In this document: positions 1 to 9,328 of the stretch, piece after piece
Numbering within the stretch: the first letter of the stretch is position 1
Layout: the number at the start of each line of letters is the position of its first letter
NCBI GenBank assembly: GCA_965215505.1
Contig: OZ244065.1
Span: 832,001 to 896,000 of the forward strand
Direction of reading: 5' to 3'
Length of the DNA stretch: 64,000 bases
Source of the DNA: Capsulimonadaceae bacterium
GTDB taxonomy: Bacteria; Armatimonadota; Armatimonadia; Armatimonadales; Capsulimonadaceae
The notes under the pieces: generated by a model
The model's database searches: none
Told to the model about the DNA's origin: nothing
What the model saw: the letters and a program-made list of their open reading frames with translations, nothing else
Program-made: the position numbers and the translations under genes

Positions 1-1176
1 TCGTCCACCCAGCCGGCCTATGGCGCGCAGGAACTTCCCGGACGGCGAGAAGACCTTGACCTGGAACGACGCGCCCCAATCGCTGACATAGACGCGGCCC
101 GCCGCGTCGGTCGTCACGTCATGCGGGGCCACCAGATCATGGTCAATCAGAGGTATGACGCGCTTGGTGGCCGGGTCCACGCGCACCACGGAGGCCCCGC
201 TGACGGCCAGCAGACTGCCGTCCGCCAGCGCGCGCAGGCCGACAGGTTTGGGGAGCGGGATTTCGCCCACCTTCTGCGCCGTGGCGGCATCCAGCACGAG
301 CAGTTTGTCGTCATAGTTCATCGCCACATAGACCCGGCCCGCCGTGGCGGCGACGCCCAGCGCACTCGTGGCCTCGCCGACATCCGTGCTGAAGTAGCGG
401 GGCTGGCCGCCGTACTTCGCCGCGTCGAAGGTCTTGTCCTTCCGCATCTCCCACAAGGGCGTGACGGCCTCGCGGTAGGGCCAAGTCGCGACGCGGAGGG
501 CGGGGTCATGCTCGGTGAAGCGCGCGGGCCGACCGGTGCGCTTGTCCAGGCAGACCAGGATGGCGCGCTCGACAGCGTTGTGCCCATTGAAGTCGCCCGG
601 CCCGGTCAGCTCAGGACCCGAATAGAGTGCGTAGAGGTAGTCCCCGCTGAGGGCCAGCGAGACGCAGCGCGGGAAGATGTCTACATGATAGCCCCACTGC
701 CGCTGCCCGTTCCTGTCCACGGCGATGAGGCCGCAGCCTTTCTCGGAGCCGGGGGCGGCCAGGAAGACCCACTGGCCGTCCGTCGCGGCCCCCTGCGGGT
801 TCGCCTCGTCACTGAGCCAGTCGCCCTTGTCGTCCGCCGTGGGCCAGGGCGGGCTGCCAGGGTTGCCCAGGGTCATCCGGTAATCCAGGCCGAGCGGGGG
901 GTGGTAGATCGCCTTGATCCGGTAGGAGCCGGCGGGGATCGGCTTCCCGTACTGGTCCAGGCCGTCCCAATGCTCCGTGTTCCGGCCCGCGCCCCGGTGT
1001 TCGCCGCGCACGATCCAGCGAAGCAGGCGGCCCGAGGGATCGAAGACGCCCAGGGTCAGGTCGCCTTCTTTCGGCATGGTGTAGGAGCAGATCAGCGCGC
1101 CTCCGGCACGCCCGGCGACAGGCGTGAGAAGCATGACAAGAGCGATCAGGCAAAGACGCCAGGAGCGGCGCAGCAT
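1..1176 (-). CDS. Secreted FlgD-Ig-like plus NHL-repeat beta-propeller protein, 3' end beyond the window edge
   Basis: Manual translation from ATG 1176: signal peptide MLRRSWRLCLIALVMLLTPVAGRA, FlgD-like segment LTLGVFDPSGRLLR...WDGLDQYGKPIPAGSY, NHL repeat PHDVTTDAAGRVYVSDWGASFQVKVFSPSGKFLRAIG. The frame is open to position 1. It is missing from the ORF track because it has no stop in the window. Confidence 0.8.
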   Translation of the reverse strand, partial: MLRRSWRLCLIALVMLLTPVAGRAGGALICSYTMPKEGDLTLGVFDPSGRLLRWIVRGEHRGAGRNTEHWDGLDQYGKPIPAGSYRIKAIYHPPLGLDYRMTLGNPGSPPWPTADDKGDWLSDEANPQGAATDGQWVFLAAPGSEKGCGLIAVDRNGQRQWGYHVDIFPRCVSLALSGDYLYALYSGPELTGPGDFNGHNAVERAILVCLDKRTGRPARFTEHDPALRVATWPYREAVTPLWEMRKDKTFDAAKYGGQPRYFSTDVGEATSALGVAATAGRVYVAMNYDDKLLVLDAATAQKVGEIPLPKPVGLRALADGSLLAVSGASVVRVDPATKRVIPLIDHDLVAPHDVTTDAAGRVYVSDWGASFQVKVFSPSGKFLRAIGRLGGR

Positions 1177-1186
1177 GAGCAATGCC

Positions 1187-1708
1187 CTATGCCTGCCGAT
1201 GCCCGTGCAGGACCGAGAGCAGGACGGCTTGGCCGCCGTGATAGGCTTCGTGGGTGAGGACATGGTGGAGGAGCCAGCGGCGGGTGAACTCGGTATCTCC
1301 TCGGGGCCGGGCGAGGGTGGGATCGTCCCAGGCCGCGACGATCTGCCTGGTGCGGGCGCGTATTTCGTCGTGCTGGGCGAGGAACCAGGAGAGTGGCCGT
1401 GCGGGCGGCTGGGGCCATGTCAAGTCGTATTGCCGCGTTTCTCGGGACAGAAGCCGCGCCAGTTCTTCCTCGGGGCGGGCTTGTCCCGCACCCACATGGT
1501 GCAGCCAGCCGGCCTCGACATCGGTGATGTGCAGGATGAGGGTGCCGATGCTATGGCCATCGGGGAACGGCTGCCAGAGGACGGTTTCGTCTGAAACGGT
1601 CCCCAATTCCTCACGCCACTCGTTTGTGCCGTCGTCCAGCATCGCCAGCAGAAGGCCCATCTGGACGTCCGCGCCAGGAATCGGCGGAACATCAACGCGC
1701 TCGGTCAT
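1187..1708 (-). CDS. DinB/DUF664-family protein
   Basis: SIGTLILHITDVEAGW and WLLHHVLTHEAYHGGQ His motifs. The ATG at 1708 overlaps the stop of the upstream gene. Confidence 0.85.
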   Translation of the reverse strand: MTERVDVPPIPGADVQMGLLLAMLDDGTNEWREELGTVSDETVLWQPFPDGHSIGTLILHITDVEAGWLHHVGAGQARPEEELARLLSRETRQYDLTWPQPPARPLSWFLAQHDEIRARTRQIVAAWDDPTLARPRGDTEFTRRWLLHHVLTHEAYHGGQAVLLSVLHGHRQA

Positions 1709-2040
1709 CCCTGGTCTTCCTCCGCGTCCACCAGGCCCTCTTCCGTGCCCACTTTGTGGATGTAGACGGGGACGTAGCCCCACGTCCGGTAGAAGCGCAG
1801 CGCCAGCTCGGCCTCATCAAAATCCGCATCCACGATGTTGCCTTGATAGACGGCGACATATTGACCGTAGAACTGGTCTATCTGGATCTGGGGCATCTGG
1901 TTGAAGGCGGTCACTTCCTTCCAGAAGGGCGCTTCCTCCAGTGTGGCGCGGCGGCGGGCCGTTTCCAGATAGGCGTCAAGTGCGGCGGAGCGGGACAAAC
2001 CAGCGACGGGCGGGTGGTTGTCATCGGCGGGTGACGACAT
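1705..2040 (-). CDS. DUF5678-like small protein
   Basis: FYGQYVAVYQGNIVDADFDEAELA motif; RBS GGAGG before ATG 2040. Confidence 0.7.
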   Translation of the reverse strand: MSSPADDNHPPVAGLSRSAALDAYLETARRRATLEEAPFWKEVTAFNQMPQIQIDQFYGQYVAVYQGNIVDADFDEAELALRFYRTWGYVPVYIHKVGTEEGLVDAEEDQG

Positions 2041-2058
2041 GGGTATTACCTCCCGCCA

Positions 2059-2087
2059 AGTATAACAAAAGCCCACTAACCTGTCAA
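2059..2087 (-). promoter_or_regulatory. sigma70-type promoter for the 2040 gene
   Basis: TTGACA-17 nt-TATACT on the minus strand. Confidence 0.7.
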
Positions 2088-2108
2088 GCGCCGACACTGA
2101 GGCGGGTC

Positions 2109-3137
2109 TCAGGGGCGGTGCGCGGCGGACGGGATGAAGTGGACCGCGAAGGCGGCCAGGGCGATGAGGAGGACGAGGGTGCCGAAGACGACGAGGAGGG
2201 TGTTGGAGAACGGCAGGTTGAGCTTGCCGGCGAGGCGGCCCGCGCCCGCCGCGTTCTCCGTCTCGCCCTCGCGCTCGGCGCGCAGGGCGGCGACATCCAC
2301 AGTGGCCGGGTCCTCCAAAGCACCGATGAGCGCGGTCATGGTCGGCCAGCGGTCCGAAGGGTTGCGCCGGATCGCCTTCATGACCGTCTCCTCCAGCGCG
2401 GGCGGGACGTCTTTACGGAACTGGTGCAGCGGCGGGGCTTTGGCGTTGACGTGCTGGTTCATCACGGCCAGCGCGTTGTCGCCCCGGTAGGGCAGGCAGC
2501 CGGCGAGGTACTCATAGAGGATCATGCCCAGGGCATAAACATCTGTCCGGCTGTCCCCCCTCCCCCCCTGAATCTGCTCCGGGGCCATGTAGTCGGGGGT
2601 GCCGACCTGCGAGGACAGGGGACCCCAGGTGACGCGCCGCGCCCCCTGCATGAACGCGATGCCGAAGTCCATCACCTTCGCCTGTCCTTCGGGGGTGATG
2701 ATGACGTTCTCGGGCTTCAGGTCCCGGTGCGCCACATGGTTCTCGTGCGCGTAGGCCAGGGCACGCGCCAGTTGCAGCCCCAGGTCAACGGCCTGCGGGA
2801 AGTCCTTCGGGTCGCGGTGCGAGCCGCGCGCATCCAGGGCATGGCGCAGGGTGTCGCCGGGCACATATTCCAGTACCAGGAACTCCGAGTGGTTCAGGGT
2901 CGCCAGCTCATGGAGGCGCTGGATGTTCGGGTGGTTCAGCAGGTGGCCGATCTTGACCTCGCGCGTGAACCGCTCGTGGGTTGCCACGTCCCCCATGATC
3001 TCCTCATGCGGGAACTTCAGGACGACCCGTTGGTCGTCCTGAGTGTCATGGGCGAGGTAGACGTTGCTCATGCCGCCGTGCCCCAGGGCGCGGATGATCG
3101 AGTAGCGGCCGAGCTGCTGCCCCGGTTCGAATTGCAT
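2109..3137 (-). CDS. Hanks-type Ser/Thr protein kinase with C-terminal TM anchor
   Basis: LGHGGMSNVY, VVLK, HRDLKPEN, DFG and GTPDYMAPE motifs; hydrophobic C-terminal helix. Confidence 0.95.
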   Translation of the reverse strand: MQFEPGQQLGRYSIIRALGHGGMSNVYLAHDTQDDQRVVLKFPHEEIMGDVATHERFTREVKIGHLLNHPNIQRLHELATLNHSEFLVLEYVPGDTLRHALDARGSHRDPKDFPQAVDLGLQLARALAYAHENHVAHRDLKPENVIITPEGQAKVMDFGIAFMQGARRVTWGPLSSQVGTPDYMAPEQIQGGRGDSRTDVYALGMILYEYLAGCLPYRGDNALAVMNQHVNAKAPPLHQFRKDVPPALEETVMKAIRRNPSDRWPTMTALIGALEDPATVDVAALRAEREGETENAAGAGRLAGKLNLPFSNTLLVVFGTLVLLIALAAFAVHFIPSAAHRP

Positions 3138-3146
3138 CGGTTCTGT

Positions 3147-4010
3147 TCACTCCTTTGGGCGGCCGCCGCCCTTTGACCATCGCAGGAACGCTTGCCACCA
3201 CGCGCCATTATTCGGGACGGCGGGCGTGTTTTCCTGTTCCACTTCCAGCACCTTCACGACCTGGACGCTGAGGTTGTCGGTCGCCTGCCGCTCCAGGCCC
3301 AGGGCGATGAGCTGCCGGCAGGCCTCGGCGGGTGCGTGGTCGGCGACGATGGCGGCGATGTCCAGGTCATCCAGAGGCTCCCACAGGCCGTCCGTACACA
3401 GGACGAAGGCATCGCCCGGTTCCAGGACCTCGACGCGGGAGGGGACTTGCAGGACGGGCTGGCTGCCGACGCTGCGCGTGATGATGTGCCGGCGGGGGTG
3501 GTGGCGGGCGTTCTCGGGCGTTAAGATCTGCATCCGCACCAGCTCCGCGACCTCGGAATGGTCGCGCGTGAGCGGCACGATGTTGGTCCGACTCCGGACT
3601 CGATAGGCGCGGCTGTCTCCGACGTGGGCGACATAGGCTTTGTCGCCGACGATTGCCAGCGCGACCATCGTGGTCTGCATGCGGAACGCGCCGGCCTTCA
3701 GGCCCAAGTCGTAAACGTGCAGGTTGGCGCGGGCGAACGCGTGGGCGAGGGCGCGGTCCGGCCGCTTGCCGCCGGCGTAGTAGTCGCTCACCAGGGTCTG
3801 TGCGGCCTCCCGGCTCGCCACGTCCCCCGCCCCGCTCCCGCCGACGCCGTCTGCGACGACGAAGAGACTGCCCTTGCGCCGCCGGACCTCGGCATCGTCA
3901 GGCATCCGGTGCGTGATGAAGTCCTCGTTACGGAACCGGACGTGCCCCTGTTCACTTGTCCCGGCATGGTCAATCATATGTTTTAAAACAGAAGGCCGGG
4001 GGCCGGTCAC
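3147..4010 (-). CDS. PP2C/PPM-family Ser/Thr phosphatase (Stp1/PrpC-like); start may be ATG 3977
   Basis: RFRNED, VADGVGG, HVGDSRAY, LCTDGLW and TDNLS motifs. Confidence 0.93.
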   Translation of the reverse strand: MTGPRPSVLKHMIDHAGTSEQGHVRFRNEDFITHRMPDDAEVRRRKGSLFVVADGVGGSGAGDVASREAAQTLVSDYYAGGKRPDRALAHAFARANLHVYDLGLKAGAFRMQTTMVALAIVGDKAYVAHVGDSRAYRVRSRTNIVPLTRDHSEVAELVRMQILTPENARHHPRRHIITRSVGSQPVLQVPSRVEVLEPGDAFVLCTDGLWEPLDDLDIAAIVADHAPAEACRQLIALGLERQATDNLSVQVVKVLEVEQENTPAVPNNGAWWQAFLRWSKGGGRPKE

Positions 4011-4041
4011 AGACCAGCCCCCGGCCGGGGAGAAGAACGGC

Positions 4042-5709
4042 CTAGCGCATGGAGACGGACTCGACGCGCATTTCCTTGTGGTCGGGTGCCAGGAACATCG
4101 GCTCCTTACGGATGCCGCTGCGGACGGCGAGGTAGGCGAACGACAGCACCATGAACGAGGCCGAGAAGATCAGGGCGACCTTGGCATCGTACTTGGAAGC
4201 GGCCGTCGCAGACGGGGCGAAGAAGGCGAAGTAGATGTCGCCAATCATCAGGCCGAAGTTCAGGAACATGCCCAGGATCGGCGCAAGCTTGGTGGTGAAT
4301 ACCTCCGCGCCTTTAACGTGCGAGAAAGCAATATAGGTCGCCAGGCACGTCATGCCGTACAGCAGGAACGTCCCCAAGTTCGAGATGATTGCCACTTTCA
4401 GCAGGTTGTCCGAGTTCAGGACGCCATAGCCACCGATGATCGCCGAGATCACGGTCAGCATGATGATCGCATTGTGCGGGGTGTTGTGCTTGCCGTGTAG
4501 GGCACCGAACGGGCCAGGCAGTTCGTCGTCCTTGCCCATGGCGTAGGAGACGCGAACGCCGGTAGACAGGCAGGAGAGAGCAGTTCCGACCAGGGCGAGA
4601 ACGACGGTGGCGGCCATGATGACCTCGAACTGCAAGCCGTGGCCGTGCAGGAGCGAGTCGCCGATGATCTTGGAGAAGTCGCCGATGGGCGCACTGGAGG
4701 CGGCGGCGGCGTCGAACCCGCGCACGATGCTCCCGCCGGCATAGGCGGTCTGGTCAATGGCGTGGTCGGTGATCGAGGTGATTTTCGGGTCGATCATCGA
4801 AAAATTCTGTCCGGCTTTGTCCAGGACGCCCGCGTAGTTCTGGCCGATGAAGTAGTTCGCGCCGAAGTATTCAAAGGAGTAGAAGATGACCGCCTGGATG
4901 ATCAGCGACAGGAGGACGCCGCGCGGGATGTCCTTCTGCGGGTTCTTCGCCTCGGCGGCCAGGGCGGTCGCCGACTCGAAGCCGACCACGAGCAGGATGG
5001 CGATGGTGGACTGGAACAGGAGCTGGCTGAAGCCGTGCGGGCTGATGACGCTCAGGCCATTAGGATGGACATAGGAAACCTCGGGATGCCCGGAGCGGTA
5101 GACGATCGCCAGGATCGTGAAGGTCAGCAGGGCGAGGATCTGGATCACGTTGATGACGACGTTCGCCATGGTCGAGCCGCTGACGCCCCGGTAGGCAATG
5201 GCCCCGGTGATGGCGGCGAAGATGACGCAGAGCGCGACCGGCTGCCACAGATGGCTCGAGTCGCCGAAGGTGGGCTTGAAGAGCTGCACGATGAAGGTCA
5301 GGATCGTCCCCATGAAGGCGACCATGACGCCCGGATATACCCAGTAGTAGAGGTGGGCGGCGCAGCCGATGATCAGCTTGGCGATTCGGGCCAGCTTGAA
5401 ATGGAAGTGCGACTCTTTCTCCAGAAATGCCGCCTCGGCATAGAAGTAGGAGCTTCCCGCGCCACCCTGGGGGTATTTTTTGGAAAGGGTGGCGTAGCAG
5501 ACGGCGGTGAGCAGGGCCACGATGGTGGCGACGGCGACGGACGCCCACATGCTGGTCGCGCCGTAGGCGCTCTGCCCCTGGAAGGTGGTCCAGAGGAACG
5601 CGCCCGGCGCGATAAGCGCCATGGCATTGATGGTGATGCCGGTCAGGCCCAGGGTGGGCTTGAGCGTCCCCCCCGTCGTGACGGCTGAAGCCGAAGTCTC
5701 GACAGCCAT
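4042..5709 (-). CDS. APC-family permease
   Basis: About 12 hydrophobic segments; GFESATALAAEAKNPQKDIPRG and RVSYAMGKD motifs; RBS GAGAGG before ATG 5709. Confidence 0.9.
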   Translation of the reverse strand: MAVETSASAVTTGGTLKPTLGLTGITINAMALIAPGAFLWTTFQGQSAYGATSMWASVAVATIVALLTAVCYATLSKKYPQGGAGSSYFYAEAAFLEKESHFHFKLARIAKLIIGCAAHLYYWVYPGVMVAFMGTILTFIVQLFKPTFGDSSHLWQPVALCVIFAAITGAIAYRGVSGSTMANVVINVIQILALLTFTILAIVYRSGHPEVSYVHPNGLSVISPHGFSQLLFQSTIAILLVVGFESATALAAEAKNPQKDIPRGVLLSLIIQAVIFYSFEYFGANYFIGQNYAGVLDKAGQNFSMIDPKITSITDHAIDQTAYAGGSIVRGFDAAAASSAPIGDFSKIIGDSLLHGHGLQFEVIMAATVVLALVGTALSCLSTGVRVSYAMGKDDELPGPFGALHGKHNTPHNAIIMLTVISAIIGGYGVLNSDNLLKVAIISNLGTFLLYGMTCLATYIAFSHVKGAEVFTTKLAPILGMFLNFGLMIGDIYFAFFAPSATAASKYDAKVALIFSASFMVLSFAYLAVRSGIRKEPMFLAPDHKEMRVESVSMR

Positions 5710-5849
5710 TGGTGTAGTCCTCTCTTGCGTATGGGAACGGTCAGACGCGGCACGACTACGGCGTCGGCAAGAGCCTCGGCAATGAGGGTATAGCGGGACT
5801 CGGCATCGAGGAAGAGCGGCGGCAGAGACAGCAGCATCTCTGCTGCTGT

Positions 5850-5878
5850 AGATTAACACAAAGTAGATGGTTTGTCAA
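5850..5878 (-). promoter_or_regulatory. sigma70-type promoter for the permease-phosphatase-kinase unit
   Basis: TTGACA-17 nt-TAATCT with extended -10 TG. Confidence 0.6.
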
Positions 5879-5926
5879 GGGAGCGGGAAAGAAAAGAAAG
5901 CATAAGACCATGACGAGAAAGCAGAA

Positions 5927-5983
5927 AGGGCAGGGAAACCCTGCCCCTACACGGTTTGCGTAGGGGCGGGGTTCCCCCGCCCT
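5927..5983. repeat. GTAG-type REP doublet (inverted pair)
   Basis: AGGGCAGGGAAACCCTGCCCCTAC ... GTAGGGGCGGGGTTCCCCCGCCCT. Confidence 0.75.
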
Positions 5984-6022
5984 CTTGTGCTCTTCTCCTC
6001 GTGCCGCTCTCCCCCGCCGTCC

Positions 6023-7501
6023 CTACAGCCCGGCGGCGAACGCCGTCGCCTCGTCCTTGTAGGTGTTGAACGGGTTCTTCAGCTCCAGGTGCAGGCGTTT
6101 GTTAATGTAGATCAAGTCCCAGTCAATGACGTAGTCGCGCGAGTTATTCGCCAGTAGCTTGTCAATGACCACGCCGCGCCCTTTGGCCCGCGTGTTCGTC
6201 GGCGGGGTCATGGTGGCTTCAAAGATGCGCCGGTCGGTGGTCGCCCGCTCGATCTGCCCGGCCTGCTCCAGCCCGTAGTACAGGCTGGTTTCGGGGTTGA
6301 CGTTGTGGTATTCCAGGTCCAGCGAGTGCAGGATGTCGTCGCCCCACTTCACGGCCCCGTTCTCGGACTCCATGAAGTCCTCCATCATCTTGCGCTTGGC
6401 GACCCAGTCAAGCTTGTCGGCCAGGAGGTACGGGTCCTTCTCCAGAGCATCCAGGCACTTCTCCCATTCGCCCAGGACGTAGTCAGTCTGCTGGTCGCGG
6501 CCCGTGTACCGTTCCTGGGCGGCTTTCAGGTACAGCCGCTGCAAGTCAACGGCCTTGATGCTGTCGCCGCCCTTGCGCCGGACCATCCACTTCCAGGTCT
6601 GGTCGCGCGAGACGCTCTTGAGGGCTTCCAAAGGGTCGCGCAGCTCCACGTCTTGCAGCAAGACTCCATCTTCAATGAGGTCAAGAACGATGCTGGTCGT
6701 GCCGATCTTCATCAGGGTGGCGTACTCGCTCATGTTGCACTCGCCGAACAGGATGTGCAGCCGGTGCAGGTTGGAGTAGTTGTAGTACGAGTCCCACTTG
6801 GGGTTGATGATGGCCCGGTTGAAGCGGACGCGCGAGCTAATCGTCTTGACGATGTGGTCCGCGCGCTGCGAGAGCTGGAACTCGACCGTCGGGTCCACCT
6901 CGACGCCGTAGAAGTTGCCGACCCACTGGTAATCCACCTCGTAGTCCGAGATGGTCATGATGTTGTTCTTCAGGCTCTTGTAATTGAGCCGGTGCCCACC
7001 GACGCGCCCCACGCCCGCGAAGATCTGGCGGGTGACGAGAAACGGCAGCAGGTAGGAAAGCGCTTCCAGGAAAAAGCGGTCATCAATGGCGACCAGGAAG
7101 TTTTCGTGGCAGCCGAACGTATGCCCGCCGAAGTGGTCCACAGAGTTCGAGTGGAACGAGACCTTGTCCTGCAAGTCCAGCTCGCGCAGGAGCCTTTGCA
7201 GGATGACGCGCCCGGCCTTGTCGTAGGCGACGGCGTCGGCGAAGTCGGTGCATTCGGGCGTCGCGTACTCCATGTGCGAGCCGACGGCGTCAATGTAGAG
7301 CCGCCCGCCCGACCGCAGGAAGCCGCCGCAGCGCGCCGGCTCGAAGGCGTAGTCGCGCGCGTGCAGATCAATCAGGCCCAGCTTGTCCTTGTAAAAGGCG
7401 TGGTCCTTGACCTGCTCGACGACCATCTCCGCCGTGCCGACCGAGTCGTCGCTGACGAGGCAGCCGAACTCGGTCTCGATCCCAAAAATCCGCTTGTCCA
7501 T
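6023..7501 (-). CDS. pafA: Pup/UBact-protein ligase
   Basis: KRIFGIETEFG, GGRLYIDAVGSHMEYATPEC, TFGCHENF, LSQRADH, RLHILFGECNMSE and KLDWVAK motifs; last gene of the proteasome operon. Confidence 0.92.
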   Translation of the reverse strand: MDKRIFGIETEFGCLVSDDSVGTAEMVVEQVKDHAFYKDKLGLIDLHARDYAFEPARCGGFLRSGGRLYIDAVGSHMEYATPECTDFADAVAYDKAGRVILQRLLRELDLQDKVSFHSNSVDHFGGHTFGCHENFLVAIDDRFFLEALSYLLPFLVTRQIFAGVGRVGGHRLNYKSLKNNIMTISDYEVDYQWVGNFYGVEVDPTVEFQLSQRADHIVKTISSRVRFNRAIINPKWDSYYNYSNLHRLHILFGECNMSEYATLMKIGTTSIVLDLIEDGVLLQDVELRDPLEALKSVSRDQTWKWMVRRKGGDSIKAVDLQRLYLKAAQERYTGRDQQTDYVLGEWEKCLDALEKDPYLLADKLDWVAKRKMMEDFMESENGAVKWGDDILHSLDLEYHNVNPETSLYYGLEQAGQIERATTDRRIFEATMTPPTNTRAKGRGVVIDKLLANNSRDYVIDWDLIYINKRLHLELKNPFNTYKDEATAFAAGL

Positions 7502-7526
7502 GGACGCTCTTTCCCCAACCCGTGCC

Positions 7527-8315
7527 CTATTTGTAGCGGGCGATCGTTTCCGTCAGCTCGCCCTCCGACAGCAGCCGGAAGCGGCTCTCCCGGTTCGTGT
7601 CGCGCTCCAGGATGCCGGCCTCAACGGTCCAGCCCTTGCCCAGATGCTCCGTGATGAACGACGAGACATCCTGCTGGCCCTCGCCGTCGGTCGAATAGTC
7701 CGCGTCAGCGCGGTCCTCGGACTCCAGGTGCTTCATGCCGACACCCCAGGCGTACAGGGCGGCGCGCAGGGCGGCGTCCAGGCTCAACGGCCCGCTCTCG
7801 GTCTCGGTCTTCAGGTGCTCGCGCATCCGGTCCTCGGCGTAGGCCGTCCCGGCGACCACGGCCATGCCGGGCGTGGACGAGAACTCGCCGTCATACGACA
7901 GCGTCATCAGCAGGTCGCGGTCCTGAGTCTTGCCGAGTTCCGCGAAGATACCCTTAACGACGATCGGCTGCGCGAACGGGTCCCCGTAGATGCGCTTGAT
8001 GGCCGGGGAGAGCTGGAAGGAGACCAGCCGCTGCACACTGACGTCATCGGGCGAACGGTTGAAGCCCTCCTGATGGGCGGCATCGATCGCGCCGCGCCGG
8101 ATCTGCTCCACGTCGCTCTGGTTGCCGATGGCGCTGAACATCAGCTTGTCATAGACCTCGTAGACCTTGCGCTGCGTCTGCCGCGCCGACAGCAGCATCA
8201 GGCCGCCGCCATAGGTCATGGCGACGACGGGGCTGCCGTCCTTGAGGCGGTCTTCAATGTATTCGTTGCGCTGCTGGATACTCTCGTTCCAGTCGTAGGG
8301 GCTGTAGGAAGGCAA
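7527..8315 (-). CDS. prcA: 20S proteasome alpha subunit (TTG start)
   Basis: YSPYDWNESIQQRNEYI, RKVYEVYDKLMFSAIG and SPDDVS resemble actinobacterial PrcA; RBS GGAG; position in the operon. Confidence 0.9.
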   Translation of the reverse strand: MPSYSPYDWNESIQQRNEYIEDRLKDGSPVVAMTYGGGLMLLSARQTQRKVYEVYDKLMFSAIGNQSDVEQIRRGAIDAAHQEGFNRSPDDVSVQRLVSFQLSPAIKRIYGDPFAQPIVVKGIFAELGKTQDRDLLMTLSYDGEFSSTPGMAVVAGTAYAEDRMREHLKTETESGPLSLDAALRAALYAWGVGMKHLESEDRADADYSTDGEGQQDVSSFITEHLGKGWTVEAGILERDTNRESRFRLLSEGELTETIARYK

Positions 8316-8349
8316 AGGGTTACTCCGGTGTCAGGCCGGCCAGGTCAGG

Positions 8350-8413
8350 AGGGCGAACACAAGGTTCGCCCCAACGGGACCGGCGGCGTAGGGGCGAACC
8401 TTGTGTTCGCCCT
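8350..8413. repeat. GTAG-type REP doublet between prcB and prcA
   Basis: GGGCGAACACAAGGTTCGCCCC ... GTAGGGGCGAACCTTGTGTTCGCCCT. Confidence 0.85.
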
Positions 8414-8442
8414 TCTTATGTTTTCAGGTCTGGACCGTCTCG

Positions 8443-9225
8443 CTATGAGCGGCCGAGCGCGGCCTTGATCTCACTCTCGGTGAAGTCGCGGATGCCCTCG
8501 GCGGTGATGTACTTGGCGGCGGGCAGGAACTTCGCCGAGCCGCCCGTGGCCGTGTCTAGATCGGCGGCGATGTCGAGGAGGGTCAGCGTCTCGCGCAGGG
8601 CGGTCTCGCGATCCATGTCGCGGAAGGGGCCTTTCGTCTTCAGGATGTACTCGAAGGCACCCTTGATCGGGGCCGAGCCGCTGCCCGCCGCGCCGTATTC
8701 GGCGGTCTCGAACTGGCCGCCCAGTACGTCATAGAAGTAGATGCGGCCCTGAGTTGTCTCCCGGTCGAACGTGGACAGGATGGGGATGAAGGCGCCAATG
8801 CCTTGCAGAGCCGCCGGGACGTTATTGGCGATGACGCGCTGAAGTTCCATCAGCTTGCCCTCCTGGGACATAGGCTGGAGCTGGGAGCGCTCGAAATACT
8901 TGAAGGCGTGGCGCAGGTAGCGGACGACTTCCACGCTCTTGGCGAACGAGCCTGAGATCGAGATCAGGGTGTAGTCGTCCAGGGCGAGTACCTTCTCGGC
9001 CTGGTCGTACATGACGGTGTAGCCCGCCGTCGCGCGCCGGTCGGCGACGTTGATCAGGCCGTCCTTGTACTTGACGGCGATGACCGTGGTGCCGTGCGTG
9101 TCCACGTCCCGCGCGCCGGGCACGTTGGGGACGGGGGTCGGCATGGGAAGGCGGTCATTGCCCAAAACTTTGTCGGCGAACAGGTCGGAAAAACCGCCCA
9201 CGCCCTCGGGTGAAAAACGCAGCAT
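8443..9225 (-). CDS. prcB: 20S proteasome beta subunit with 45-aa propeptide
   Basis: THG/TTVIA autoprocessing site (Thr1), ADRRAT, EKV and GSGS Ntn-hydrolase motifs. Confidence 0.93.
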   Translation of the reverse strand: MLRFSPEGVGGFSDLFADKVLGNDRLPMPTPVPNVPGARDVDTHGTTVIAVKYKDGLINVADRRATAGYTVMYDQAEKVLALDDYTLISISGSFAKSVEVVRYLRHAFKYFERSQLQPMSQEGKLMELQRVIANNVPAALQGIGAFIPILSTFDRETTQGRIYFYDVLGGQFETAEYGAAGSGSAPIKGAFEYILKTKGPFRDMDRETALRETLTLLDIAADLDTATGGSAKFLPAAKYITAEGIRDFTESEIKAALGRS

Positions 9226-9289
9226 AGGGTGTCAACTTCTGGTAACGTAAGTCATAGGAACGGGAAGAAAGAACGGGCAAGAAGAAAGA

Positions 9290-9315
9290 AGGGCGAACAC
9301 AAGGTTCGCCCCTAC
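9290..9315. repeat. Single GTAG-type REP
   Basis: AGGGCGAACACAAGGTTCGCCCCTAC, identical to the copies at 8350-8413, 57368 and 61195. Confidence 0.85.
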
Positions 9316-9328
9316 AGTCATCGCGGCC

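Noticed and set aside
121-1257. Long plus-strand ORF, and many similar long antisense ORFs such as 1941-3176, 6305-7654, 36564-37955 and 49296-50765
   Set aside because: Shadow frames of real opposite-strand genes in high-GC DNA; no recognisable motifs.
5710-5849. c-di-AMP (ydaO) riboswitch before the APC permease
   Set aside because: I could not find the conserved core motifs by eye.
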